Source of the DNA: Saccostrea echinata
Lineage: Eukaryota
NCBI RefSeq assembly: GCF_033153115.1
Contig: NW_026889757.1
Location: 6,076,001 to 6,140,000 of the forward strand
Length of the DNA stretch: 64,000 nucleotides
Reading direction: 5' to 3'
The notes under the pieces were generated by a model. That model ran no database searches. It saw only the letters and a program-made list of their open reading frames with translations, and was not told the DNA's origin. Below, one piece after another: positions 50,001 through 61,799 of the stretch (position 1 is its first letter; each line of letters starts with the position of its first letter). A program made the position numbers and the translations under genes.

Positions 50001-53000
50001 ATGCAAAATCTGTTGCTATGATTGGGTTAATGCTATTATCTTGAGGAAAAACAATAAAATTCATGACTAACACATATGCATCCTTGGAACCTTGCAACAC
50101 CGACAACATAAGAAAAATTGGGATTAAATGTTACTTTGCATTGTAACCATGGAAACAACGTATAAGTCGTTTAAAGTGATATTTTTTGCTCCTTTAGGAA
50201 TTTACTTACCTTTTAATCAAGAAACATATTATTTGACTCACCTTGAATACTACTTAACTGGTAGAACTAAAGTTGAATATCATATATTGATAAAGTTTGT
50301 TGAAAAATACAACACCGTTGCTATGGTTACCAAGAAGGGAAAATGTTCAATTTTGTTAATTTTATATCAATATTAAACCCTATGTGCCAGCTTTTTGCAT
50401 CCAGTTAGAGATTGGGTGGTAGTCAAAATTCAAAGTCAGGTTAGTTGTTCATATATATCAATCATAAAAGTTTTGGGAATCTACTTACAAGGGTGCGTAT
50501 CCAAGGAAACAGAATATTTTTCAAATTTTTATGCATATTTTTTTGGCTAATTTCCATAGCAACGCTCTATTTAAAGAATTGAGTTTGAATTTTTTGAAAT
50601 GTGAAAATTAGGGTCACACCAATGCCTTTAAAAATTGATCATCAGTTATATAGAAATATGCTTTTTAAAAAGATAGGATAAGATTAAAACACTAAGAGAG
50701 TAAATTTAAAATCCTTCCGAGGTAAATAAACCATAGCAACTGTTGCCAACCTATAAGAAATATCATATTTTGTCCTTGGTATATGTTACAAGGATCTCTT
50801 GTCTATTATTTGCTTGCATTTCAACCTATAATTGTTTTTATTCTTAAGTATATGACTTTATAAAATTAAATGAACAAAATTATTACTTTTGAATACTTTG
50901 TTTCCATAGTAACGTATGTAATAGTTGATTTACCAAACATGTTTATCATGCATTTAAGACATCAGGCCTTCAACTTTCAGAAACAGTCATTGCCACTTGT
51001 TTGCTTTGCTGCAAACGTTAACTGGGGGACTCTGAACATGTTGAAAAATGGCATTTTTCAAACGTTAGGACATGTTGCTATGGTAACCATGACACGTAGC
51101 AACCAATTTTTGCCTGATTTGAGTTTACGGTATCAAAGACTTTTATCATAGAGAGTTTGGAGAAATTCTGAGACTATGCGTGCCACAGCTCCTATATAAA
51201 AGTTCAAGTCATTACAGAGAATGGCTCTTAACATACATAATTTCATGTTAAAGATAAATTATTTATCAGGAATACCACATAGTATTAGTAATACTATGTG
51301 CATTATCATACGTCTAACACCTGTATTTTTCCTGCATAATACACAATTTAATATCTTCAGCTGACCAAAATAATTAAATTCACCCAGTGACCAAACTGAG
51401 AAAAATTTTTAAAAAGTACTTATAGGTACATGTGACCTATTTGTATTTCAAATTCAAAACAACCAAATGACCAAAGAATGGATCACACCATTTACTAAAA
51501 AGTTGCTACACCTGGTTTTCAAAATCAAATTTAGTAAAAACACAAACACTTCCTGAAAAATATGTCCTGATTTTCAAAACATAAACCCCACTGATTACCT
51601 GTCCAATGGCACCACCCCCAGGATGCCATTTGTGGCACCATAAGGAAAATTATTCTCTGGTAAAGGGTCGTCATAATGAAGGCGTCGTCTCTGGAACAAA
51701 TTACTCTCAGTATTCTCCCCTAGAGACTGGAGTCGAAAAAATCCAGGGTTAGATCTAGGATTGGCCATGGTACCTAACTGCTATATGAAGGATTCCTCTC
51801 GACAAATTTCATGCAAGTGCAAACTATGATCCCAAGTCAATGTAAATTTGGTTTTCTTCTTGTCCTTTCATGCAGCACTAGTTAACTCAAAATCAATAAT
51901 AAATTGGATAATAAAAAAAGAAAACCATTACATCATCACCATATTCTGCTTAGCCACTGGCAATTTTGCACAAAATATGAAGCTGACACGAACTTCGAAT
52001 ACAAACAGAGTAAAATATGTCAGGTGAGAGAATCACAAATTCACAGGTGTGTCCTTCTCCAGCTAATGTATCTATTTTACCAGGTATATTTTCTTCCACA
52101 AATGGGGTCAAGTGCGGTGAAATATTTAACTAATATCAAGATGTCATCTTTGCTACATGGGTTGTAAATTTCTCTGCCCAGGTTAGGCTGGCTATGCTGT
52201 AATTGATACTTATGTCCACAGCTGATTTTTAACACAGGTAAGTCTATTTGTGGTACAAGTCTACCAGGTGTCTACAAATTTGTCAATATTGACAGTCTCA
52301 TAGGATCAACATACATCAAATCAACACCAAAAGTCTTCTTCTCACTCAATTACTCCCGACACATCAACTTAAATGCATTCAACTTTTCCTTTGGGTGTCA
52401 ATACACAAAAATCCATTTAACTAAAGTGTTGAGGAACTAATTATCTCTTCAGACATTCAGATCGTTTCATTTCTACTCAGGTGGAAAATAGAAAAATTTA
52501 TTTATCTCCTGACCTACTTTTTAAAAAAAAAAAAACAAGAGATAAATCCACAGTATGTCATATGTCATCTAATCACCGGCACATCATTAATATTCAATCC
52601 AAAATCTAGGAGTCAAGTTTTACAAGGTATTGTATGTACACAACGATCTTACATAAATAAAATCCTGGAGTCTATATTCAAAACAGGAAAGCATTGCCCT
52701 GTTCTATTTCGTCTTCTGTTAAATGTTGCACGTCATTAAACTGGACTCTGTTGTACATTTATTTTTTCCAGTTGGCCAAATTCTTATCCTTCCACACAAA
52801 TAAAAAACACCTGAGACTACTAACAACTTACAAATGCAAGAAGAAACAATGTTATTGTTTTGTTTTTTGTCCAGCATAAGACATTTAAAATAATCTCCTT
52901 GGCCTATAAAACTTTAAAATCGTGGTTCATGTTAGCCTTGCTGTGGAAAGATCACAAATCTATTCGGCCGTGTCAAAAAATCTGTATTGACATAACACTA

Positions 53001-56000
53001 TTGGGTCACATATGCTAGGCAACTGGTCAACATAATATGCTTAAATAACTCTGAAAAGAGATGTTGCCCAAGGGTTTCTCTCTTTTTCTGGGATTATAGA
53101 AGTTAAAATACAAAAGTTTACACCAGCTTGGGTCTTGTCACACAACACCACATTTCTCCAGTTACATGGCACAGAGATCCTAACATTCTTTCTACAATTT
53201 GACATCCATTTATGGATGTGGAGAATGAACGACACACCACCTGTCAGGTATCTGTAAGTATATTTCTTTTATAAACAATTGTCAAGTTTCTCTGAATAGG
53301 TACATATTCCTGGAATGCAAGCATCTTCTCATCATATTTATAATGCAATTTTTATTATATAGCAATCCCATTAAAGAAGTAAGAACTATTCATTTCCTTC
53401 TACACTATATACTGGTATCATGTGCTTACATTCCATATTTTATATACACTGTACCTAGTTTTATTCCCCTAGGAAGAGTTGCCCACACCAGGGGACTTTG
53501 CTACACACATAATTGCGATTTACAATCCTTTGATTTTGGTTTACTTTTACTGTGGTAATTTGAAGACTATATGTTTACTGTCACTAGAAGACTTCCCTGT
53601 GATTGGTGACTTACTGTTCCCAAAAATTCTAAATCATATTCCAGTTATATGTTTACTGTCCCTGGTCCACTGTTCTCTGGTCGTGTTGGCAATGTATGCT
53701 ATTTACTGTCCTAAAAGATTTTCCAATGTATATAGGGTGTCTTGTGCCTGGAAGATTTGCTTATTTACATATGTTTTGGTTTAAGGTCTCTGAAAGACAT
53801 GTCCTGGAAGATTTGCTTTGCTTTTTCCTGGTTTACTGTCTCAGGATCATACCTAATTACTTTGTAAATGGTTATTACCTTATTAAAACATGGCAACGGA
53901 CAAGACAATAAGACTGTCTATAGCGGTGTAATATTTTATCTAGAAGATTTGATATGGGGTATACTGCAGGGTTGTCCCTAAGACCCTGGGGCTCGGGAAT
54001 TTTCCTGCCTATAATGGCGTAATCCCCTGGTTATTCTGGTATTCCCCCTCAGCCCCATTAGGGGAGGAACCCTAAACCCCCTTCTTCCTTTTTAATGTAC
54101 TCCGTTATTTCAGTTCTTAGGGACAACCCTGTACTGTCACTATGACTTGTCCTTGTAGAGTTTAATTAAATAAGGCATTTTCTAGTACAAAAAAGACCTT
54201 TCTACTAAAATTCTGATTGAGACTTTATTATACTTCACAAAAGAGGACAAAGTGCTGCACTATTTTTTTTTTTCAACAAACATTCCCTGTGTGAAAGAAC
54301 AATGACTTAGATAGTATTAACAAGGGAGAGAACTCAAGTGACTGCATCTGTGCACTTCATAAATTCTGCATTTTAGAGTGCTCGGTGGTTATGGCCTTTT
54401 TTAAAACTATTTAAACCTCCTGGAAAAGGAAACCTCTGCATAAAAATGTAGGAAATTGCATTAAATATTTAGTTTGCACATGAGTGTGTGGGTGATGGCT
54501 AGAAAAACAATCAGTGATTTTTCAACATTTTTAAAAAGGTGCCTTCATGTGGCTTTTCATTTGGGAAAAGTTATCAAAATTTTGGACAAATTAGGAAAAA
54601 AAAAACAATTAGCAATATCATTGTAAATACATGTACCTGTAAAGACAAATATGTTATATCAAACAAGTAAAATCCACCTGTGACGTCACTCTTTTGTTTG
54701 AGCGCTCCATTATTTTTCAGGAATGGAGAGTTGCAAATTACACTGAAAACAGAATTTGTTATATTCATATTCTCCTTTCTGTACCTCTACCGAGGAAAGA
54801 ACTTGGAAAATTTTAACAAGTTTATTTTCATATAAAGAAAATAAATATGGCACTGTTGAGAATCGAACCTGGTACCTTCACCTTCAGAGTCAGGTTCTCA
54901 TCTCTCTACGCTATTGATGGTGTTGAATGACAGCTGATTTAAATAACTTCAGTACACTTTTTTTCGCCTTACTTTATATATAAATAAATACTAGTAATAT
55001 GTAAAATATATATTTACAGTGTACTTTATAAATATTCTTTATTATATATTAACAAACAATAATTACAGGCATTTAAAAAGGTGGATTTTACCTGGGTTAA
55101 TATACTCGTAACACTTTAAAATTATCTCTATATGACATTGAACTTAATTCTATTTTCAAAGATTTTTTTGGGGGGGGGGGGGAGGGGAGGGGGGTTCAAG
55201 TTCATTTGAGAGTTCCCATGGGAATTCCAATAGATTGCTGTAAGACCTGATCTCCAAAAAACTACATTAAAAAATTCTTCAATGTTTGCTTGAAGGAAGG
55301 TCCAAAATTCAGACCTAAACTTATTGCAGAAAAATCACTGATTTTATTCTTTCTGTGGATCTTTTGTAATTTACATGTACTAACCAGCCAGTTTCCTTAA
55401 TGATAAAAGTTGAATATTTCAGGTGGTGGAGAAGCGCACCTATAAATAGACTACACATCAATATGATGCATGAGTATGGTTATCACAGCATAACCAAGAA
55501 ATGGTAAAGTCATTATTAAACTCTTCAGTGTTTGATTTCACTGTAAGAGAGATTTAAAACTCAACAATTATTCATATAAATGATAGATCAGCCCACAAAT
55601 TGTTCACAAGGTATGCACTTGAGGGATTTCTAATGTGGATAATATAAAAATGAAAGACATGCACCTATGAAAAAAAATATTCACATCATTTATACATTAT
55701 GAAAATAACAGTTGAACACAACAAAATCCAAACAGTTTAAGAGCTCATTGCTTATTCATGGCCATGATTACTGCTGCATGTTTGCAACAATAACCATAAA
55801 GAAATCCGATACCATTGTAAACAACATAATCAACATATACATAACTGAATGACTAACATTTAAGTATAAATTAATGAACATATATGCAACATGCCCATAT
55901 AAACTTTGCTATTTCTTCCATTTGATTTCACTACATGCACACATGCACCTTGTGTAAGGTCAACAAAACTACTCAATATTCAAATTGATTTTACATTACC

Positions 56001-59000
56001 TTCCTTCACTTTATAAACGGGCCTGATTTTGATGTTACATGCAACAATATCTAATACTTGACTTCTCAAGTATTTTACATAAATATACACATCATTTCCT
56101 CATTGTTAGATATATATTGAACACATTCCTGCACAAGTGTGAGTCAACAACCCTGGGCTCAATTATTTCCTGTAATATGCTATACAGAGTTGTCCTCCTT
56201 GAATTCTAACAGACTGGAGCTGCATGCATTTACATTGCAATTCTCAGGGAAATTAATATCAGTTTTATAGTTATTTCTTTTTACTTTTTCAACAACATTA
56301 ATGGTAAAATTAATGTTAAAGATTTTTTTTTACATTTATCATAAAAACTTATTTCTCCCATTATCAACTGTGTTTCATCACTCCCATGCAGTTGTTCTTT
56401 ATATGCCATGAAACACCAAGAACGATTCCAATTTCACCAAGGATGATTCTGATTGGCTGTTTTACTCCATTTCAAAGTGAAACTAAAATGTACAGTATGG
56501 GAGAAACAGGTCCTATAAACAGTTCTCATTAGTTACCAGTTTTTTTCAAACTGACATTCAGCAAGCCTCACATTTCTTGAAAATTAAAAAAAAATTTACA
56601 GAATTCAAGTTTGACAAAAACCAATTACTAACTCTCACTGGTTATGGAACCTATATATTTACAAATCTGTATAACATGCACTTAACAAAGCACGTTTGTT
56701 AATGTTATTGATTTAAATTAATTTAAGGTGGTATGGGATACCAAACGAAATTTCTCCTACATATTTATGTACCCAAATTAGAAGGATTTGAAATACCCCC
56801 ACCTTTCAGTATATTAAAGTGTAATTTTAATAATTTTTTTATTATTTTAATGAGATATACAAAAACGATTTTTTTCTTGCATAATTCTTTTTTCATAAGC
56901 TTAATATTATAGGCAGGCGTTTGCTAATATAAAGTGTTTATAAAAACAAAAATGACAAGAAATATGTCTTAGTATTTTTTTAATTTTCAACAAAAAATAA
57001 GCGTAAAAAACTGGGAAAACTTTATTTCTTGAAAACAGACGGATAACATTTCATGAAAGTCTACAATAAGAATGTATCTTAATACGTTAGCAAAGTGAAA
57101 TAAACAAATTGAAAATATATATATAAATGGAAAATATAAAATGCATTTAAAATTTTTTGAATTAAAAGATCCGAGCGGAAGAGTTATCCTTCTTTATTTT
57201 CCAAGGGTTGAAAAAACCTGGGTGCTATTTTAGAAATGATGAGTATTTTTTCCCAACCATAAAAAAATCGCACTTTGTAGTTTTCAACTTTGAGCGGTTT
57301 TGAAAACAATGCATGGACAATCGCTTTCCAGGACGTGTCTTGTTCAGAGCAATTGCATTCATCTGAACGTTTTGGGACTATATACAACAGCTAGCTGATT
57401 TGTGACCAAACAGTTACTTCTTGAATTAAATAACAAAAAAGTCCAGCTCTGGTTAACGTGATAATTGATTGGTGATAATTCAGCACAATGTGAAGTAATC
57501 GCACTTATCCATGCCTCACCGCACACAAGGTGCTGTACAGTTACTCAAACAATTGAAATACAGCTTTTGCTTAAAAGTGTTCAAAAGCAGCAATGTTGAA
57601 ACTACCTTTTACAGGGGTTTGCTTTTTTAAATGTCCGTTGTACAATTATAAGTAAATTTATATACTTGCGATTTTTTTGTCTGTTTTTACTTAAAATGCC
57701 AACTTGTGAGAACTTGCATTGAAATAGGCTTCAGAGTGTTCTTTTCAACGGTGTATCTACAAATTTTGACCCGATAATAAGCACTCATGCAAATCAAAAC
57801 AATACTTCAAACGGAAATACGTCATAACGTGGAGGTATCCCATACTACCTTAATTTTCCACACATTTTCATTTTCACCACAAGTCTTATTTTATATATTA
57901 ATTTGTTATCTCTATTTTCTCATTAAGTTTATCATTTTGACATCATGACTGCTTCATTGACATATGAGAATGCCAACTTATAGGAAAAGCAACTGTGGAA
58001 TGCAAATACAATTAAGTACCAGCACTCAAAATAATAGCATTATTTTTACGGACATTACATATATATATGTCATTACTTGAGGATAACGACTGCACTATTA
58101 CTTTAATGGTCCTCAAATATACAAATTTAACTCAGTTTATTTTGGCTCATTTCTCTCTGGTGAATGTTGACATTTTTTTTTTTATTAAATTCTACATGTC
58201 CTCTAATGACCCTTACCCATTTACTTCTCCAGCATCAGTCTTATTATACACATCCATCATGAAAAACCACCTCAAAACTGGTCAACTAGAAAGCTTTCCA
58301 ATGTCTAGCTTCTTAACATCCAAAGACTTTTTACACCCCTTTTTATAAAGCTGGATCAAAAAAGCATTAGATTTTCTAAGACCCCATGTAGTTAAGTTAT
58401 CACAAGCACAGTCAGCTACTGAACTGGGGTTAGCAGTGAGACAAGAATGTTACATGTAAAGTTCACTTCCTGTATTTCACCTCTGGCATTTTAACTTCAG
58501 CAGCTATTAAAATTCTTCTGTATATTTATCTTGTGTCAGGAAACCTGCACAGTATCAGTCTTTAAGTACATTGTTTTAGTGGTTAAGTAGAAAACCATGC
58601 ACAATATTGTATTCCAGATACATGTACATGTATACACAAATTAAGCGAACAACACATTTCTTTACTGTAGTAAATTCAAACTTTTTTTCTTTCAGATTCA
58701 TTCATGCTATGAGCATACAATGAAAAGGAAGATTATTAGATAGCATCAATTTCTCATTTCAATTTTCATCTGTAGTGGACACTAAAGACTGGCCATTTAA
58801 TTTTGTTGGACTGAATAAGTGAGGTAGATGATAAAGGCAACAAAATAGAGACCTCTGTGAAATCAGTCACCATTTAGGATGACTGATGTCATAATAATGT
58901 CTTACATTTCAAGTATCAAACGAGACATGCCAGTTAAAATAAATTTATTAAAAAATATTTAAGCTTTTATATGGTCTGTTTTTCCCAAGTCTAGATCAAC

Positions 59001-59995
59001 ATAAAATGTATGATACACATATTACATGTACCGTATCTGTACTGGAAAAGTGAAGTTATTTTAGAAGGTAACGGTCAATCTTTCTACTTGACGTTTAAGG
59101 TCATAGGGTTCATTGAGTACACTGAATTTAAAGTTCAACAAGTAATTGAAGTATGACACATAATGGGTTTATATGTAAGTATACTGATATAGTTTACACT
59201 AACACTGTCAGTACTCAGTAAATGTCCTTGTTATCATTTACAAAACATGCTAATGGATAATGATTGATGCATTCAACACATGGTCCATAAAAGTTCCAAA
59301 GATATGAATAGGAAAAAGAAAACAACCAAAGATATACACTTCAAATTCTGTATACTAAATTTCTTTATACTGTACTGTACATCTTAAATACTAAGCTCTC
59401 TGTCATATTAGATATGATCATATGTATAAGTTTGACAGAAAACAGTTTGATATCATTTAAAAAAACAACAACAAAAAGACAAGACTTGATTATGTCCTAA
59501 CTTTCTGTCGTGATCTTGTGATCACAAGTAACTGTATGTCCCTATTGAAATGAACATGGACAACCTGGCATGAAAAAAAAAACAGCTGATAAGCCTGTTG
59601 TAATACATTAGCTCTAAACGATAATAATGTTACAAGTTATTGGGTCATTATTAATGAGCATGCATGTATTTCTTCGGGCTCTCATCTGCCTTGACCATTC
59701 CTCAAACAATTTGACAATCACTGACAAAAATTATTCCAATTTCCGTTACCAATCTTCTGTTTAGAAACGATGGGTCTTCTTAGATCGCTGAAAAGCCTGT
59801 CCCCCCCCCCCCCCCGAAGGTATAGAAGGAAGAAAAAAATCCGAAACAACTATATATATACCAACTACAGATGTCCCCCCCCCCCTTTATTTTGATAACA
59901 GTCCAGTATTGATTGTTAAAAACGAAACCACATGGGCCTTTTCACACAAATGGCAAAATTAGAAATCTTGGAGTTGATACAAACCTTCCCGTCAT
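35687..59995 (-). CDS. LIMS1: PINCH (LIM and senescent cell antigen-like, LIMS1/2 ortholog), five LIM domains, about 335 aa; exons 59985-59995 (or 51599-51768), 46535-46648/46645 (or 44632-44748), 43970-44015, 43496-43562, 42839-42959, 42351-42422, 41760-41837, 38449-38544, 38233-38287, 37835-37927, 36982-37030, 36569-36644, 35687-35819
   Basis: All junctions are GT-AG and phase-consistent (1008 nt). The translation has PINCH hallmarks: [77 protein letters not shown] and [24 protein letters not shown]. Confidence 0.96.
36650..36785. repeat. ~78-bp tandem duplication next to a PINCH 3' splice site
   Basis: Two copies of AGAATTCAGCATACTGAAGTGTTGA..TACCAAGGAAAACATT. Confidence 0.8.
38721..38894. 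mobile_element. Tc1/mariner(pogo)-type MITE, 174 bp
   Basis: TA|CAGTAAAACATGG ... TCAACTG|TA; a second copy lies at 42521-42694. Confidence 0.8.
38949..41060. mobile_element. Young pearl/HINE non-autonomous Helentron with 11 near-identical 166-bp Cg170-like satellite units
   Basis: Starts AACAAGAGGCCCATGGGCC..GCTCACCTGAG. TATTGTGGCC recurs at 39201, 39367, 39533 ... 40695 (exact 166-bp period). Ends with (GACG)n and the hairpin AGCTCACTTGAGCTTTCAGCTCAGGTGAGCT. Confidence 0.95.
42148..42318. mobile_element. Foldback palindromic MITE in a PINCH intron
   Basis: AAGGAATAACTGTC..TTTTTTGGTTTCATGA..TGATCAATCGATTG.CTTGCATGATAATTT followed by its reverse complement. Confidence 0.8.
42521..42694. mobile_element. 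Tc1/mariner-type MITE, second copy
   Basis: TA|CAGTAAAACATGCTTATA ... TATAAGCATGTTCATTG|TA; shares AGCGAACACACTTATAATGAATT with the 38721 copy. Confidence 0.8.
44632..44748 (-). CDS. LIMS1: PINCH exon 2B: duplicated, divergent LIM1 first zinc finger (alternative exon)
   Basis: Encodes [39 protein letters not shown]; intact C-x2-C-x18-H-x2-C; catag acceptor and the same TTTGT|gtaagt donor as 2A; 117 nt, phase 2-2. Confidence 0.82.
46535..46648 (-). CDS. LIMS1: PINCH exon 2A: canonical LIM1 first zinc finger
   Basis: Encodes [38 protein letters not shown]; CAGCAG acceptor, gtaagt donor, phase 2-2. Confidence 0.92.
47541..47633. repeat. 31-bp minisatellite, 3 copies
   Basis: TAAATCGACAAGCACATATTGTACAATGAAT repeated three times. 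Confidence 0.9.
47781..49342. mobile_element. HINE-type element with a 147/137-bp tandem array
   Basis: Subterminal IR GCTCACCTCAACGAA/TTCGTTGAGGTGAGC, (GACGCC)3 microsatellite, terminal hairpin, about 9 units. Confidence 0.9.
49490..51227. mobile_element. Non-autonomous TIR element flanked by TTAA (Kolobok- or Crypton-like; superfamily uncertain)
   Basis: TTAA|TAGCGATTCTCTGTAACCACTTAAACTT ... AAGTTCAAGTCATTACAGAGAATGGCTC|TTAA; ten GTTGCCATGGTAAC-like palindromes inside. Confidence 0.78.
51599..51768 (-). CDS. LIMS1: PINCH alternative first coding exon (56-aa N-terminal extension)
   Basis: Kozak-like ACCATGG; open frame [56 protein letters not shown]; AG|gtaatc donor in phase 2, matching exons 2A and 2B. 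Confidence 0.65.
53967..54131. mobile_element. 165-bp MITE with 17-bp TIR and apparent 5-bp TSD
   Basis: TACTG|CAGGGTTGTCCCTAAGA ... TCTTAGGGACAACCCTG|TACTG. Confidence 0.82.
54848..54915 (-). pseudogene. Degenerate tRNA-like (Gln CTG-like) or SINE-head sequence
   Basis: The minus strand reads TAGCGTAGAG (A-box-like), GACTCTGAA (anticodon-loop-like), GGTTCGATTC (B box) and GCCA; the stems do not pair properly. Confidence 0.35.
56727..57849. mobile_element. Kolobok-like non-autonomous element
   Basis: TTAA|GGTGGTATGGGATACC ... GGTATCCCATACTACC|TTAA. Confidence 0.85.
59985..59995 (-). CDS. LIMS1: PINCH distal first coding exon (MTG-)
   Basis: ATGACGGGAAG|gtttgt, phase 2. Spliced to exon 2A it gives MTGS(S)NMS, matching the vertebrate LIMS2 N-terminus as I recall it. 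A CGCCAT YY1-like motif lies at about 60067-60072. Confidence 0.72.
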
Positions 59996-61799
59996 ATAGA
60001 CTGGCTGTTTACGGTCAATGACACCTGAACTGCTGCAGAAGGGAGTTCCACATTCACTTTTCCATCATGGCGGGAGAAACGTCATATCCGGTTACAAATA
60101 AGGCAACAAATATATCTCCCGGAATTGAGGCCTTCCGTGGGATAACCAACATTTAAATACGTTCAAAATAGAAAAAAGATGTACTTTTACAATTATTTAA
60201 ATCAATTCCGTGATTCCTTTCTTATTGTTAATTGATGTCTTTTTTGTTTTGTTTTTTTTTTTTTTTCAAAATATTCATATTGTTATATAACGTTGCATGT
60301 GTATAACTTAATGATTTCCAAAAAAAAAAGAAAAAAAAATTGGCTATACAATTCCATAAAGCATTTATAATCTAAAGCATAATCGAAAAAAGGACAAAGA
60401 AATGTACAATAAAATTATAATTAAATATCCATGGTGCTCTGAGATAAACATGTTTTGAATACCAGAGACACTGTCTCTGTTGAATACAGATTCCGCATGT
60501 AGGCCTATGCATATATGAAAACCACATATAGTTAAATCGCTGGCAAATGGTCAATTTTTGTCCAATTTCATTATTTATTTCAGTACTTAAACCAGAAAAT
60601 GTGTAGTTATCTTTTTCTAAAAGATTATTAGTGTTTAGAAAGAGATATAGTTCATCATTTACACATGTTACATCAGTTCTAAAATTCAAGATCAATGTTG
60701 ACTTTATAATTCATTGTGCGTATATGACTTAATTTTCGCACTTAAATTACAATACTTTTAGATATCGATGCTGATCAGATAAAAACTACTGTTTTTATCA
60801 AATATAACAATTTCTTGGATTATCGAGAAATTTGTGGTAAAATCTGTCAAGAAATGTTGCCATTCCAGTGATTTTACAAAATGTTGTTTTTAATAAAATA
60901 TATAGAGAAAAAATAAAATTATCTTCACTTTTGACACACGTCTGTACATAGCATAACAACATGTTTGTCGCAGAACACCATGGAAATAAAACGAAACACT
61001 TTAAAGAGGAAGGTCTCGAACTTTCCGAAGAACCCGAAGAAACATGCAAGTAATTAATTTGTAGTCAATGTTTAGCATATACCTGTATCAGCAATGTTCT
61101 GTGTAATTCTTATATAAAAAGGAATATGTCCAAATCTAGATCATCCACGAAATCGTGCATAGCGTTATCGGACTGAGGTACAATCACATTACATATCGAA
61201 CAACATTCCTACTTGTATAAATCAATCTATTTTTTTTTTGTCTCATTAAAATGAAAAACTTTGTGCGCTACATGTATTTGTAAGCAGTTATACAATATAA
61301 AAAAGGATGGCGTCTTTTAAGCATGCGAATGAAGGAGAGAAAAAGTAATTTATATATATTTTAGATAGGTCAGCTTCCATTATTGAGGGAGTAAGACAAC
61401 TGTCTCATGAGATTTTTTGGAATTAAATAGAAAATGTAGCGAAGGAGAAAGAGGAAAGAGAATTTCTATGTTTTAGACTTTAACATATGTTGTTTGCCAT
61501 TACCCCCCACCCCACCCCCACCCCATCTCGCACACACACACAATTAAAACTAATCAACTTTTCATCAGCTGCAATATGAAGCATCATAAAAATGATGAAA
61601 TTTTGAAATAAACAACAAACATTACACAATGACAAGATCGGTTCTAAAAACGTTTGAAATCATGCTAATGCATTTTCACGCACAAATCGGATCTTATTAC
61701 ACATCAAGGAAATCATATTTAAAACATCGCTTTTTTATTCAGGTAGATAGATAATATGATGATAGTATGCCTTCTCATCTCCACTGCTTTATAAGATGT

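Noticed and set aside
54848-54915. Functional tRNA gene
   Set aside because: The acceptor, anticodon and T stems do not pair; kept only as a low-confidence tRNA-derived remnant.
54374-55118. Possible old Kolobok-like element around the tRNA-like remnant
   Set aside because: The terminal match (TTAGAGTGCTC versus rc TTAAAGTGTTAC) is too weak to call.
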